A DNA stretch of 64,000 nt. Origin: Chiloscyllium plagiosum (taxonomy: Eukaryota). The DNA lies in the NCBI RefSeq assembly GCF_004010195.1, contig NC_057719.1, positions 6,720,846 through 6,784,845 on the forward strand, in the 5' to 3' direction. This document shows, one piece after another, positions 37,411 through 50,310 of this stretch; the first letter of the stretch is position 1, and the number at the start of each line of letters is the position of its first letter. Under the pieces are notes generated by a model that saw nothing but the letters and a program-made list of their open reading frames with translations, was not told where the DNA came from and made no database searches. A program made the position numbers and the translations under genes.

Positions 37411-39939
37411 TTTAAAATTACCAAGGTCCCATAAACAGCAAAGATATTGATAACAAGATCAAAGTGACAAAACAAGTTTTAGCGATGTTACTTCAGTGAT
37501 AAATATTTGCCAGTTTACTTTGCCATTGATATGTTAACGCTAATATTAGATCTCTTATTAATCTTCAGGACCCAAAGGAATACAAAGCTCATCTATGCAA
37601 ACATTCCTTAGAATTTAATGCTCTTAGATCTAATTTAGCACTGTGACCCCAGAAAGGTCAGTGTATCCCTTCTGAAGAGATATTTCTTCTCTCTGAAAGG
37701 GTCATTCGACTGTTGGGTTCTCATTTCCAAAGAGCGGTGGAGGATGGGACTTCAAATTTATTCAATACTGAGTTGGATAGATATTTGATAGTCATGGGTT
37801 ATGGGGGGGGCATACAGGAAAGTGGAGTTCAGACTGCAACTAGATCTCAGTCATGACCTTATCGAACGGTGGAACAGGTTTAAAAGGCTCAATAGCCTTC
37901 TCCTGCTCCTCAGTCCTATACCCCACAAGATGCAGTGTCTTGGATAGAAGGCTGTGTTCCGGGTAGAGTCTAACTCTGTACAGTGGAAGTATGATTTCCC
38001 CATTTTTGGCTTTGAATTTTAAAAAAGTAAATTTTAAGATCACCTAGGGATTAAGTGAGAGTTTAACGATGAGCCTCATTGAAACAATGATCATTAGCTG
38101 TTTACCAAATCTGAGGTGTCATTTTGTTAACCTGTGCTTGGAATTTTAAGTCCCCTATTCATTTGCTCGAAATTTACCGAATTTCAATTTAATACCTCAT
38201 TGTTAGTGATTTTCTCCAAATTTGTTTAGATTTTTTTTAAGAGTTCCAATTCTCCCACTCAATATTTGAAATAAAATCAAGAGAACTAATCCAGGTAATA
38301 TTATCATCTCCGATCACACTCCAGTGTATCTGTTGGTTAAGATTAAGGGGCTAGAGTGGGCCCGAAGCACTGGCGAATGGATCCCTTTATTCTTAAGGAT
38401 GATAATTTTGTGGAGTATTTCTCTAAGGAATTTCAGCCGTCCCTAGCCATTAATTCAGGCTCGGTTAGTAGCCCATCCGTCCTTTGGTAAACTGTCAAAG
38501 CCTACGCCGGAGGTTAGTTATCTCCTACTCTGCCAGTAGGAACCGGCAGAAGGGCAAACAGCAACGTCTCCTTGAAGCACGGTTGAAGATAGCCGAGAAG
38601 ACTTACTTTGACTGGCTCTCATTGGCCAAGCTGAAGAGGATTACGGCGCTGCGGTCTGCATAGAATTCCATGCTCACGCAGACAGCAAAGAAGGAGCTTA
38701 CTTTCACAGAACAAAAGTTATATGAGCATGGTGACAAACTGGGTAAGTACCTAGCGTATCTCACCAGGAAAAGGAGTGCACCTCAAGCCATTGTGTAAAT
38801 TAGGGAAGGATCTGGGAACCTATCATGTGATTCCAAAAAGATTAATGTGGCATTCCAGAGATTTTACTCTGAATTATACCAGTCTGAAGGTTATGAGGAG
38901 GGGTGGGCCAAGATGGAGTCCTTTTTCGAGGATCTGGAGCTCCCAGGTGTGACCCCCAAACAAGAGTATTTTCTCAATGTCCCCTTATCAGAACAAGAGG
39001 TGGAGGAGGCTGTGAAGCAGCTTCAGAGTGGAAAGGGGCTCAGTCCTGATGGACTTCCCAGAGAATTCGATAAGGAATTTATGAGCATATTGTCAGGTCC
39101 GATGCACAACATGTTCAATGACTCATACAGCCTTGATCATCTCTACGAGAGGCCAATATTTCACTTATTGGGAAGGTCCTGGAGAATGTGCTTCTTACAG
39201 GCCCATTTCACACTTAAATGTTGATTTTAAAATCCTCTCTAAGACTCTTGCATTAAGGTTGGAAACTGTGTTATCTTCTGTTGTTAAAGAGGACCAGATG
39301 GGCTTCATAAAGGGCCGCAGATCCTCCAATAATGTTAGGAGACAGCTTAATGTAATTCAAGCTTGTCAACAACAGTCAATACAGGGATTGGTGATTTCTG
39401 TAGGTGCAGAGAAGGTATTTGACTGAATTGAGTGGCAGCACCATTTTTATATTCTAGAGTGGTTTGGCTTGGGCGAAGCCTTTATAAGATGGGTAAAGGT
39501 TCTCTACAGTGACCCTGTCACTGCGGTCATCATCAATGGGGTGCGATCGAGCAATTTTAACATTTCTTGGTGCAGCTGACAGGGCTGTCCCCTTTCGCCT
39601 TTGTTTTTTACATTGGGATTGAACCGTTGGTGGAGGCCATTCATTGGGATCCCGGTTTATCGGCTCCAGAAGTGGGGTCAAATTTACATAAGATTTCGTT
39701 GTTTGCAGACAATGTCCTCATTTTTTTGTCAAACCCAGCGGTTTCGGTGCCTTGCCTGATACAATGCATCAGCGCGTTTGGCACCTTTTCAGGGTATAGG
39801 ATGAGTTTTGCAAAATCAGAGGCTATCCCTATGGGTGGTCTTACGAAGGTGCTAGGTCTTGAGAGCGAATCTCGATTCCCATTTAAGTGGTCCCGGTGGG
39901 GTTTTATGTGTTTGGGCATATTTATCACTCCAGTTCTTG

Positions 39940-40098
39940 CTATAAATTCTGTGTCTTACAATTGTGTACTCCACAACCACCTGATGAAGGAGCAGCGCTC
40001 TGAAAGCTAGTGCTTCCAATTAAACCTGTTGGACTGTAACCTGGTGTTGTGTCATTTTTAACTTTGTACACCCCAGTCCAACACCGGCATCTCCAAAT
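39940..40098 (+). mobile_element. PLE family B pLTR inserted in the L1
   Basis: CAC-CTGATGA-A-GGAGC-AGC-GCTCT-GAAA-GCTA-GTG at 39978-40012. TSD CAGTTCTTG at 39931-39939 and 40099-40107. Confidence 0.85.
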
Positions 40099-41553
40099 CA
40101 GTTCTTGATCGGTTGTTTAAAGCCAATTTTGTTCAATTTTTCGACAAAATCAAACAAGACCTTCAAAGATGGGAGGGCACTTCTGATCTCATGGTTAGGT
40201 CGGACAGCTCTTATTATTATGAATATTTTCCCCCATTTTGTTTTACCCTATACAGAAGCTCCCCCTGATTTTCGATAAGCAAACGTTCAGGAGACTAAAC
40301 AGCTGGTTCATCTCTTTTACTTGGCATCGTAAGTGGCCCCTTATTAAATTAGCTAAACTGCAACTGCCTCACAGATTGGGGGTGGGGGGGAGGTGGGTCT
40401 CCCGGACATTAAAAACTATCAACTAAGCTCGCTTTTATCTTATGTGAGTGATCGGGTTTGTGGGGATCCTCTTCCAACATAGTTAGATATGGAAACCTCT
40501 CAGGCAGGGTGACCCCTTGCTCGCTTGCTGTTTTTGGACGAAGTGAGGACAGTTAAGGAATATTGCCATAATCCAATAGTTATCAATACACTTAACGTAT
40601 GGGGGGGCAATTCGGCAGAGAGAAGGCAATATTGGCAAAACATCTTTTCTTGCACCTATAGTTTCTTACACCTGTAGTGGGTATGCCGGGTTTTCATATG
40701 GGGATGATGGATTCAGGATTCAAACATTGGGCAGCTAGGGGTGTGTCTTGCATGGGTGATTTATTTGGGGGGGACATAATGATGTCTTTTGATGAATTAG
40801 CGCAGAAATGTGAACTATCTAGCAGGGACCGCTTTCATTTTTTTTCCAAGTTAGGAATTTTATTCAAAAAAAGACTACACTTTAGACCGATCCCTACAAT
40901 TCCAACGTAGAGAGGAGGGTGCTCAGTGCTAAGAGTATACTTTCTGTTCGCACTTTATATCATCAACTGGGGTGGGGGTTGGCCCTCAGATGACTTTGAT
41001 CGGCTTTGCAGGGTGTGGGAGAGAGAGCTAGGTGTTGAGGTCACCTCAGAGGCATGGGAGATATTTGGGAAAATGCAAGAAAGATATCAGTTGAAGATTA
41101 TCCACAGGGTCCACTTGGCTCCGGATCGTTTGTCAAAATTTAAACCAGGGATATCTTCAACATGCCCCGAGTGAAGAGTTAGTATGGGCACTCTTACCCA
41201 TTGTCTCTGGTACTGTGGTAAGCTTCAAACATACTGGAGCGCTGTGGTGGGTGCAATGGAGGGGATTTTGGGTGTAAGGGTGAAGGACCCAATTTCTCTT
41301 CTTCTTGGCCTGCCCAGTGTATTCCCTGTGGATGTGCATAAGAAAAACTTTTCAGCATCCTCACTTTCTGCGCAAGAAAGCATATTTTGTTAGTTTGGGT
41401 GTCCGAAAATCCCCTGGGCCTGTTGGGTTGCCATAAGATTCTTATGGAGCATATCCCCCTTGGATTTTCTTACAAGTATGGTACACCACAAAACTGAGAA
41501 TTTCTATAAGACATGGCAGCCCTTTTTGGATTACCTGGACACACATTTATCTG

Positions 41554-41752
41554 AGGAACAGGAGAATCGACGTTTCGGGCATAAGCCCTTCTTCAGGAAT
41601 CGGCAGCATCCAAGGAACAGGAGAATCGATGTTTCGGGCATAAGCCCTTCTTCAGGAATCCTGAAGAAGGGCTTATGCCCGAAACGTCGATTCTCCTGTT
41701 CCTTGGATGCTGCCTAACCTGCTGAGCTTAATTCCAGCAACACATTTTCAGC
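41554..41752. mobile_element. PLE family A insertion with three hammerhead motifs (two tandem on -, one on +)
   Basis: Cores at 41569-41596(-), 41628-41655(-) and 41661-41688(+). TSD ACA(C/G)ATTTATCTG at 41541-41553 and 41753-41765. Confidence 0.9.
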
Positions 41753-43124
41753 ACAGATTTATCTGCCACACTAATAAGGGCTTTTATATAGCTGGAACGA
41801 TTGTGCTTTATAAGTCCAATATCCAGTGAAGGGGAACTGCGAACGTATGAATAGGTGAAAATGAATGCTCTCGATATTCGAGTGTTAGTGTTTTGTTTGC
41901 TGCACTGTAATATAATTATTTATTAGTTTGTTGTTAGTTATTATTTATTTAGTTAAGTAGTTAATTGATTTTTAAAATATATTTTATATATATTTGCTCA
42001 TGAGGGCGGTTTAGGTTTTAAATTTTTTTGTATTCTTTCTTGGTATTGTTTTGAATTGTGTTGTTTTGTATTTGTTGTGTTATTAAAAAATCTGTTTTCA
42101 ATAAAAATATATTTTAAGAGAAGATACTGTATGTAACACTAAATATTGTTATTGGAAGTGAGAAGGCAATTTATTGACTGATGTCTTCGGTTACCCTGGG
42201 ATACTGGAGGGAGGAAAGACAGATAAGACAGGAAGGGTAACTCGAACAAAATTGGCTTGAACATTGACTTGCTGTTTTGATGTGTCTAAACATTAAAGTT
42301 TTAATTGACCACTCTTTGACAGTAACAGACTGTGCTTCAGGGCTTTAATTGCTATCATTTGGCTTTGGAATTGGTGGGATAAAGAGGAGCCTGCGGATAC
42401 AAATGGCTATGCTTCAGTCATTGGCAACAAGCTACCTCACAGCAGGTTGGAACAGTTAAGAGCATGACATAAGGACAATACGTTTTTTTGCCACTGGTCT
42501 GCAACTTGTAAAGAAAAGGACCATTGTCATTTGGACCTGCTGGAAGATTTGGAGTCTGGAGGATTCAGCATCATAGTTTAAAAAACACTGAGTCGTTTTG
42601 ACATCCAGATCTTGTCCCAAAAGGATCAACTCCATGCCTAACCCCTCGAGATCGAGGCAAGCTGGAGGTAGAATTGGGTGTGTGTATGCAAAAATTTCAA
42701 TTTGACTTGTATGTTGCTGGTTGCGAAGCAAAATATGACTCTTTTTGCACCTAGCCACAACCAGAACACTTTAAAGTTATTATTGTTTTTAGAAGGTAGA
42801 ATTTTTTTTAGGAATATTGGTCTTGACAGACAACCAGCGGAATTCTTAAACCTGCCATTGAGACACCCACAACAGCAGTGCATTGCTAACTCTCCCTCTA
42901 ATTGTTCTTTCTTCTTGTTGGGTGAACATTGACACATCAAACCTGAGGATCAGGGCAGAACAGGTGAGCTAATAACTCATGCAGTTATACCCAAATGTTT
43001 AGGAAGTATAGCATTTTTGGGTGTTAAGTCATCACTCAGTTAGTACGAGCCCCACCTGTGTGTCAGACGGTTATGGGCTCAGGTCCACTCCAGACACTTG
43101 AGCACACAATCTAAACTGACCTTC

Positions 43125-45617
43125 ATGGCATGTCAGAAGGACAAGGTAACGGTGATCATGGGCGACTTCAACATGCAGGTGGACTGGATGAATAACGTTG
43201 CCAGTGGATCCCAAGAAAGGGAATTCATGGAATGCTTACAGGATGGCTTTTTGGAATAGCTTGTGATGGAGCTCACAAGGGAGCACGCTATTCTGGACTT
43301 AGTTCTATGTAATGAGCCAGACTTTGTAAAAGATCTTCAAGTAAGGGAACACTTAGGAGGCAGCGATCATAATATGGTAGAGTTCAGTCTGCAGTTTGGA
43401 AGAGAGAAGGCAAAATTGGATGTAATGGTGTCACAATTAAATAAAGTTAAATACAGGGGCATGAGAGAGGAACTAACGATAATTGTCTGGAAGCAGAGCC
43501 TAGTGGGGAAGACAGTAGAGCAACAATGGCAGGAGTTTCAGGGTGTAATTAAGGACACAGTACAGAGGTTCATCCCAAAGAAAAGAAAGATTATCCAGGG
43601 AGGGGTTAGACAGCCATGGCTAACAAAGAAAGTCAGGAAATGTATCACAGAAAAAGAGAGATCCTATAAAGTGGCCAAGAGCACTGGGAACTCAGAAGAT
43701 TAGGAAGACTACAAAAACAAACAGGATAACAAAGAGAGAAATAAGGAAGGAGAGGAACAAATATGAATGTAGGCTAGCCAGTAATATTAGAGATGATGGT
43801 AAAAGTTTCTTCAATATGCAAGAAACAGATGAGAGGCAAAAGTAGAAATTGGCCGCTCCAAATTGATGCTGGAAGGCTAATGATGGGAGATAAGGAAATA
43901 GCTGAAGAACTTAATAAGAACTTTTCATCAGTCTTCACAATGGAAGACATGAGTAATATCCCAACAATTAAGGAGAGTCAGGGGGCAGAGTTGAGTATGG
44001 TAGCCATTACAAAAGAGAAAGTGCTAGAAAAGCTAAACAGTCTAAGAATCGATAAATCTCCTGGCCTGGATGGGCTACATCCTAGAGTTCTGTGGGAGGT
44101 GGCTGAGGAAATTGTAGAGGTGCTGATTGTGATCTTTCAAAAATCACTGGAGTCAGGGAAAGTCCCAGATGATCGGAAAATCGCTATTGTAACCCCCTTG
44201 TTCAAGAAAAGATCAAGACAAAAGATGGAAAATTATAGGCCAGTTAGCCTAACCTGGGTTGTCAGTAAAATTCTAGAATCCATCTTTAAGGATGAGATTT
44301 CTAAATTCTTGGAAGTGCACGGTCGAATTAGAACAAGTCAGCATGGATTTAGTAAGGGGAGGTCATGCCTGACAAACCTGTTAGAATTCTTTGACGAGGT
44401 AACAAGTAGGTTAGGCCAGGGAAACCCAGTGGATGTTTTCTATCTAGACTTCCAAAAGACCTTTGCTAAGCTGCCTCATGGGAGACTGCTGAGTAAGGTG
44501 AGGGTCCATGGTGCTCAAGGTGAGCTACTGGCATGGATTGGGGATTGGCTGTCTGACAGAGGCAGAGAGTTGGGATTAAAGGTTCTTTTTCGGAATGGCT
44601 GCTGGTGACAAGTGGTATCCCGCAGGGTTCAGTGTTGGGGCCGCAGCTGTTCACTTTATATATTGATGATCTGGATGAAGGGACTGGGGGCTTTCTGGTA
44701 AAGTTCGCTGATGATACGAAGTTAGGTGAATAGGCAGGTAGTACTGAGGAGGTGGGGAGGCTGCAGAAAGATTTAGACAGTTTAGGAGAGTGGTCCAGGA
44801 AATGGCAGATGAAACTCAACGTGAGCAAATGCAAGGTCTTGCATTTGGAAAGAAGAATACAGGGATGGACTATTTTCTAAATGGTGAGAAAATTCATAAA
44901 GCTGAAGTTCATAAAGGGATCTGGGAGTGCTAATCCAGGATTCTTTAAAGGTTGATTTGCAGGTTGAGTCCATGATTAAGAAAGCAAATGTAATGTTGTC
45001 ATTTATCTCAAGAGGGTTGGAATGTAAAAGCAGCGATGTGCTTCTGAGACTTTATAAAGCTTTGGTTAGGCCCCATTTAGAATACTGTGTCCAGTTCTGG
45101 GCCCCACACCTCAGGAAGGACATACTGGCACTGGAGCATTCCAGCAAAGATTCACACGGATGATCCCTGGAATGGTAGGCCTAATGTATGATGATTGGCT
45201 GAGGATCTTGGGATTGTATTCATTGGAGTTTAGAAGGTTGAAGGAAGATCTAATAGAAACTTACAAGATAATCCATGGCTTAGAAAGGGTGGACGCTGGA
45301 AGGTTGTTTCCGTTAGGCGGGGAGACTAGGACCCGTGGGCATAGCTTTGGAATTAGAGAGGGTCAATTTAGAACAGAAATTAGGAGACATTTCTTCAGCC
45401 AGAGAGTGGTGAGCCTGTGGAATTCATTGTCACGGAGCGCAGTGGAGGCCAGGATATTGGGTGTCTTCAAGGCAGAGATTGATAAATTCTTGATCTCGCA
45501 AGGAATTAAAGGATACGGGGAGAGTGCGGGTAAGTGGAATTGAAACGCCCATGATTAAATGGCGGACTTGATGGGCTGAATGGCCTTGCTTCCATTCCTA
45601 TGTCTTATGGTCTTATG
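43125..45617 (+). mobile_element. CR1 LINE, 5'-truncated ORF2 pseudogene (endonuclease C-terminus, RT, 3' end), inserted in a Deu-SINE
   Basis: IMGDFN, ILDLVLCN, GSDHN, KSPGLDGLHPRVL, NYRPVSLT, QHGFSKGRSCLTNLLEFF, KFADDTK, and a TCTTATGG tail. TSD GACCTTC at 43118-43124 and 45618-45624. SINE halves at about 43035-43124 and 45618-45760. Confidence 0.95.
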
Positions 45618-46879
45618 GACCTTCTCAGTACCAGAGGATCTGTCTTTCAGTTGTGGTGTTAAGCCCTGTTTCTTCTGTCAGGTGGATGGAAAAATATCCT
45701 ATTTAAAAGGAAAGCAGTGGAGTTATTCCCAGAGTCTTGGCCAATATATTTCTCCCAACTGAGGAATGCTGGTTTAATGGAGGTGCTAGTCTTTGCTTTC
45801 AACCCACTTTCACTTTGAAACTTTACAACCAGAACTTGCCGTCCCTCTCAGGAGGGTATGTAAAAGTTCCTGTAATACAGCTTAAAGAGAAGCCACATTC
45901 TCTTGGCATTCTAATGGATCATGCAACACAGAAAGAGGCCATTCAGCCCATTTTGTTTGTACTAGCTCTTTGGATGAACTTTGAAATTAGTTCCACACAT
46001 CCCTTTTTATCCCATAGCAAATGTTTCATAAGATCAGAAGAAATACTAACAGGAGTAGGCCGTTGAACCCCTCAGGTCTGTTCCACCATTCAATAGGATC
46101 ATATTTCAACATTCCTCTCATCACTTTCCTGCCCTTTCCTTGTATGCCTTGAGTCCCCAACTGATCAAGAATCTCTCTATCTCAGCCATAAATATACACA
46201 AGGACTCTGCCCCCATCAGCTCACTGTGGAACTCAGACTCACAACCCTGTGGGAGAAGAAATTCTTCATCATTGGCTCTTCTTTATTCTGAAACTGTGCC
46301 CTAAACTCTCCAAAGAGGAGAAACATCCTCTCAGCATTTACACTGTCAAGCTCCTTAAGAATCCAATATGTGTCATGTGTTTCCCTCTCAAGTCTTTATT
46401 CAACTCCTTGCTGAGTCTCCTGCAAGTCCTCCAAGCTACCCCTCCCTATCTTGTTGGTTCCCATAACCACTGGTTGTTCGCCCTCCCTTTCCAGAGATTT
46501 ATCCATCGGTTTCACTATTCAGCCCTTGCGCCCAGGAGGCAGCAGACCTTACGGACTCACGATCTCGGCTGCACACTAGACTGTCTGTCCCTCAAATTGC
46601 TGAGTCACCAATATTACCAGCTTTCTAATCTGCCTACCAGCCTCTCTCTCTTCCCAGTGTAGCCTCATGCATCACAGTATTGTGGTTTTCCCTCACATCA
46701 TCGCAATGACTCAGTTGGATCTGGATGATCCCGCTTTTTTGTGAAGACAGATGCAAAGTATTCATGAAGTGCCATGCCAACATCTTCCAGCTCTACACAG
46801 CAATTACCTTGTGGTCTTTTATGGACCTACTCTTCCCTTAGTTATACTGTTACTCCATCTGTATAGATGAAACATACAG

Positions 46880-47200
46880 TCATAGTCATGAAATCCTAGA
46901 GTCATTCAGCATGGAAACAGACCCTTCAACCCAACCAGTCCATGTCCAACATAATCACAAACTAACTAATCCCACCTGCCTGCTCCTGGCCCATACCCCT
47001 CCCAATCTTTCCCATTCATGTACTTATCCAAATGTATTTTAAATGTTGTAATTGCACCCACATCCACCACTTCCTCAGAAAGTTTATTCCATATGTGAAC
47101 CACCCTCTGTATAAAAAATTTGACCCTCATATCTTTCTTAAAACTTTCTCCTCTCACCTTAAAAATGTGCCCTCTAGTCTTGAAATATCCCATCCTCAGG
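46880..47200 (-). mobile_element. CR1 3' end
   Basis: ORF 46966-47193(-): KTRGHIFKVRG...FFIQRVVHIWNKL. Confidence 0.85.
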
Positions 47201-47994
47201 TATTCAGGTTCACCTTGATTTTGCTTGACAAATACTTCACATCCTCTTTTTGTTTTCTTAATTTCCTTTTTTTATTTCTTTATTTCAATTGCTTCAGCCT
47301 CTGGAAGCTATTTCCTTCAGCCATCTTGACCTGAAGCTCTGGAATTCCCTCCCTTTTGACTTAGTATAAAATTTTGTTTGATAACGCTCTGGATGCTTTG
47401 CTACTTTAAAGGTTCTATAAAAATTCAAGATGCTGTTGTCAACCTTTCCTTTAAGGCAATTCTTCAAACCTCAAACCTTATCGCCTGGCCCTATCATAAC
47501 GTCTACTTCTGTGGCTTGATTTCAAATTTTGTTTGATAACAAAAGTCATATAACTCCATTTTGTTAATAGTTAACTGTATCACAAATGAGATTGGTTATG
47601 GTCCTCCCCGTACTCTATGCTCACACGCCCATGCACTTTCAACTTGGAACTCAGTGACAACAGTGTCATGGTGCAGTGATCGAGCCAGGGATATCACTGG
47701 TTTCCACTGGTCTTCATGTTGAGTAGTACTTTGACTCTGAACAGCAGAAAAGCCTCAAAATCCCTTTTTAAATTCAATAAGAACAATAGTTATCTTGTTG
47801 AAAAGAGACTCACATTTCATAATCTTTTCATCTTCTACTCATCAGGACAAACACAAGAATGCCAAACTTCAAAAATGATCAATAGGATAAAAGGATGCTG
47901 ATTGGCTAGCAGGTTAATTCTGATTGGACAAGGAGTTGGCATGGATAAAGCTAGCTTGTTGGCTAGTTAATATAAAACGTCCTACAATGGAACA

Positions 47995-48108
47995 CAGGAG
48001 AAAGTGAGGAGTACAGAAACTGGAGATTAGAATCAAAAAGTATGGCACTGGAAAAGCACAGCAGGTCAGGCAGCATCTGAGGAGCAGGAGAATTGACGTT
48101 TCAGGCAT
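47995..48108 (-). mobile_element. PLE family A pLTR fragment
   Basis: AGGAGAAAGTGAGG...GCAGGTCAGGCAGCATC...GACGTTTCAGGCAT. Confidence 0.75.
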
Positions 48109-48314
48109 GCTAAAAAGCAAAATTTAAACAGATGGTAAAATCTTGTCAAATACACAATTTTTGAGGAGCATTTTTAAGAGGATAGAGAGGGGTAGGAAGA
48201 TGGAGAAGTCCAGAGAAAGGAATTACAGAGATAAGGAGCCAAACTACTATAGCATTTACACCAATGTTGAAGTGGTGAAAACCAGTGATGCTCATAATGA
48301 CTGAATTCAATCAG

Positions 48315-48866
48315 GATTTGGAGGGGCCAGTGTGGTACTGGGGTGTACAAAGTTAAAAATCACACAATGCCAGGTTATAGTCCAGCAGGTTTTTTAAAAC
48401 ACTAGCTTTCAGAGCACTGCTCCTTCATCAGGTGGTTGTGGAGTATAAGATTGTAAGACACAGAATTTATAGCAAAAGTTTACAGTTTGATGCAACTGAA
48501 ATTATGTGATTTTCAAAACCTGCATGAATCCATATAAACCTCTGTAAAACTATACAGAGGGTTTGTCAGTCTGACATCGCATTGGGACACAGACAGACTT
48601 TAGACCTGTTGTTTAAAAAGCTGAGTTATCTTGGGAATGTAATTTAAAAGAAGTTCTGGGAATTACATATCAAAGTACAGAAACTGGCATATCCCATTAT
48701 AAAAGATGAAAGTTTTAATCCAAGATTGTTTACTGTATCACGTCTCCATGACACTGGACTCCTTTAGCTATAAATTCTGTGAGCATGATCTTAACCCCCA
48801 CAACCACCTGATGAAGGAGCGCCGCTCTGAAAGCTTCCAAATAAACCTGGCGTTGTGTGATTTTTA
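48315..48866. mobile_element. Fold-back PLE family B insertion
   Basis: Minus arm at about 48315-48505; plus arm to 48866 with a hammerhead from 48808. TSD ACTGAATTCAA(T/C)CAG at 48300-48314 and 48867-48881. Confidence 0.85.
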
Positions 48867-48894
48867 ACTGAATTCAACCAGTACTGAGATCTCA

Positions 48895-49385
48895 GAACAA
48901 AGAACAGTACAACAAAGGAACCAGCCCTTCATCCCACCAAGCCTGTTCTGACAAATGATGCCTTTCTAAACTAAAAACCTTTTGCTTCCACATTTTGTAT
49001 CCCTCTATCCTTGCCTATTCATACATCTGACAAGGTGCCTGTTAAACTTTGCTATTGTATCTGCTTCTGCTTTTGACTGCACATTCCAGGTACTTACTAC
49101 CTTCTGAGTAAAAAACTTGCCTCTCACATTCCCTTTAAACTTTCCCACTTTTATCTTAAGCCTTTACCTTAATTGACATTTCTACGACCCATTCTACCCA
49201 GATTACTCTCAAAGTTACTCTCATAATTTTGCAAACTTCTATCAGGTCGCCCCCTTAGGCTCCAACGTTCAAGTGAAAACAAATCAAGTTTGTCCAATCT
49301 CTCCTCATTGTTAATACTCTCCAAACCAGGCAACAACCTGTAAAATCATTTCTGTGCCCTCTCCAAACATCCTTCTGGTAGTGTG
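48895..49385 (-). mobile_element. Old CR1 3' fragment
   Basis: AGAACAAAGAACA tail and reverse-complement CR1 similarity. Confidence 0.7.
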
Positions 49386-49459
49386 CAACCATCAGGTTGT
49401 TTTGCTGCAGGAGTTGACAGAGATCAGAGGGGGCAAAGCCATAGCTGAATTAGAAGACA

Positions 49460-49790
49460 CGAATAAAAACTGAAAGAATTATGGATGCTGTAAATCAGAA
49501 ATGAAAACAGAACTTGCTGGAAAAGCTCAGCAGATCTGGCAGCATCTGTGAAGAGAAGTCAAGATGTGGTGGTGCCGGGTGTTGGACTGGGGTGGACAAA
49601 GTTGAAAATCACACAAAACCAAGTTATAGTCCAACAGGTTTATTTGAAAATACAAGTTTTTGGAGTGCTGCTCCTTTATCAGGTAGCTCGTTGGGAACCC
49701 AGTTCTCAGGAAGGATCATCGGACCCGAAATGTTAGCTTTGATTTCTCTTCACATATGCTGCCAGATCTGCTGAGCTTTTCTAGAAAACA
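49460..49790. mobile_element. PLE family C fold-back with nested family B fragment (about 49562-49690)
   Basis: AAAAGCTCAGCAGATCTGGCAGCAT ... ATGCTGCCAGATCTGCTGAGCTTTT inverted arms; decayed hammerhead near 49705-49735. Confidence 0.7.
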
Positions 49791-50310
49791 CAAATGGTAG
49801 TTTTAAAATTAAACCACTGCTTAAACAGGAGCCAGGATAGGTTAAAGGAATTCGTGTGGTATACGAAATGGCAACAAGTGTTTTGGATGACTTCAAGTTT
49901 ATGGAGGGCAGAATGTGGGAGGCCAGCCGAGACTGCATTTGAAAAGTCACGTCTGAAGGTAACAAAAGATCAAAAGAATCAGAAAATTCCAAACTAAAAG
50001 CAAATAACTGTCAACAGATAACTCTGAGTACAGGTAACTCAAAGGTTCACAGATTATCACCTCGGCATTAATTTCTTTTCACTTCAGCCACTTACAATCT
50101 GGCTGCAATAACTGCTATTAGACTAACTACAGGCTGCATACCAGCACTTCACGATATGGCTCTAAAACAGAATAACCTGCCTGCAACCCATTCCAAAACT
50201 CAATGGCCAATCTTCACGTTAGTTTAGTGCCACTGCAATCAGATGAATGCAAAACGTGCAAACATTAATACTGGGATAGCAGGGCACAGGTGACCTAGCA
50301 ACAATATACT

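Larger units (their letters stand above)
38290..42115 (+). mobile_element. 5'-truncated L1-clade LINE; ORF2 pseudogene
   Basis: ISDH (endonuclease end), WRMDPFIL, EHGDKLGKYLA, SPDGLP, YRPISHLNVDFKILSK, KISLFADNVLIF (RT), a CCHC-like TCPE...THCLWYC, a T-rich 3' UTR and AATAAA at 42100-42105. Many stops and frameshifts. Confidence 0.9.

Noticed and set aside
41554..41700. CRISPR-like repeat array
   Set aside because: Only two tandem units with no unique spacers, in a eukaryotic context and derived from a PLE.
43263..45543. Long ORFs as an active reverse transcriptase gene
   Set aside because: CR1 ORF2 is broken by stops and frameshifts and is 5'-truncated.
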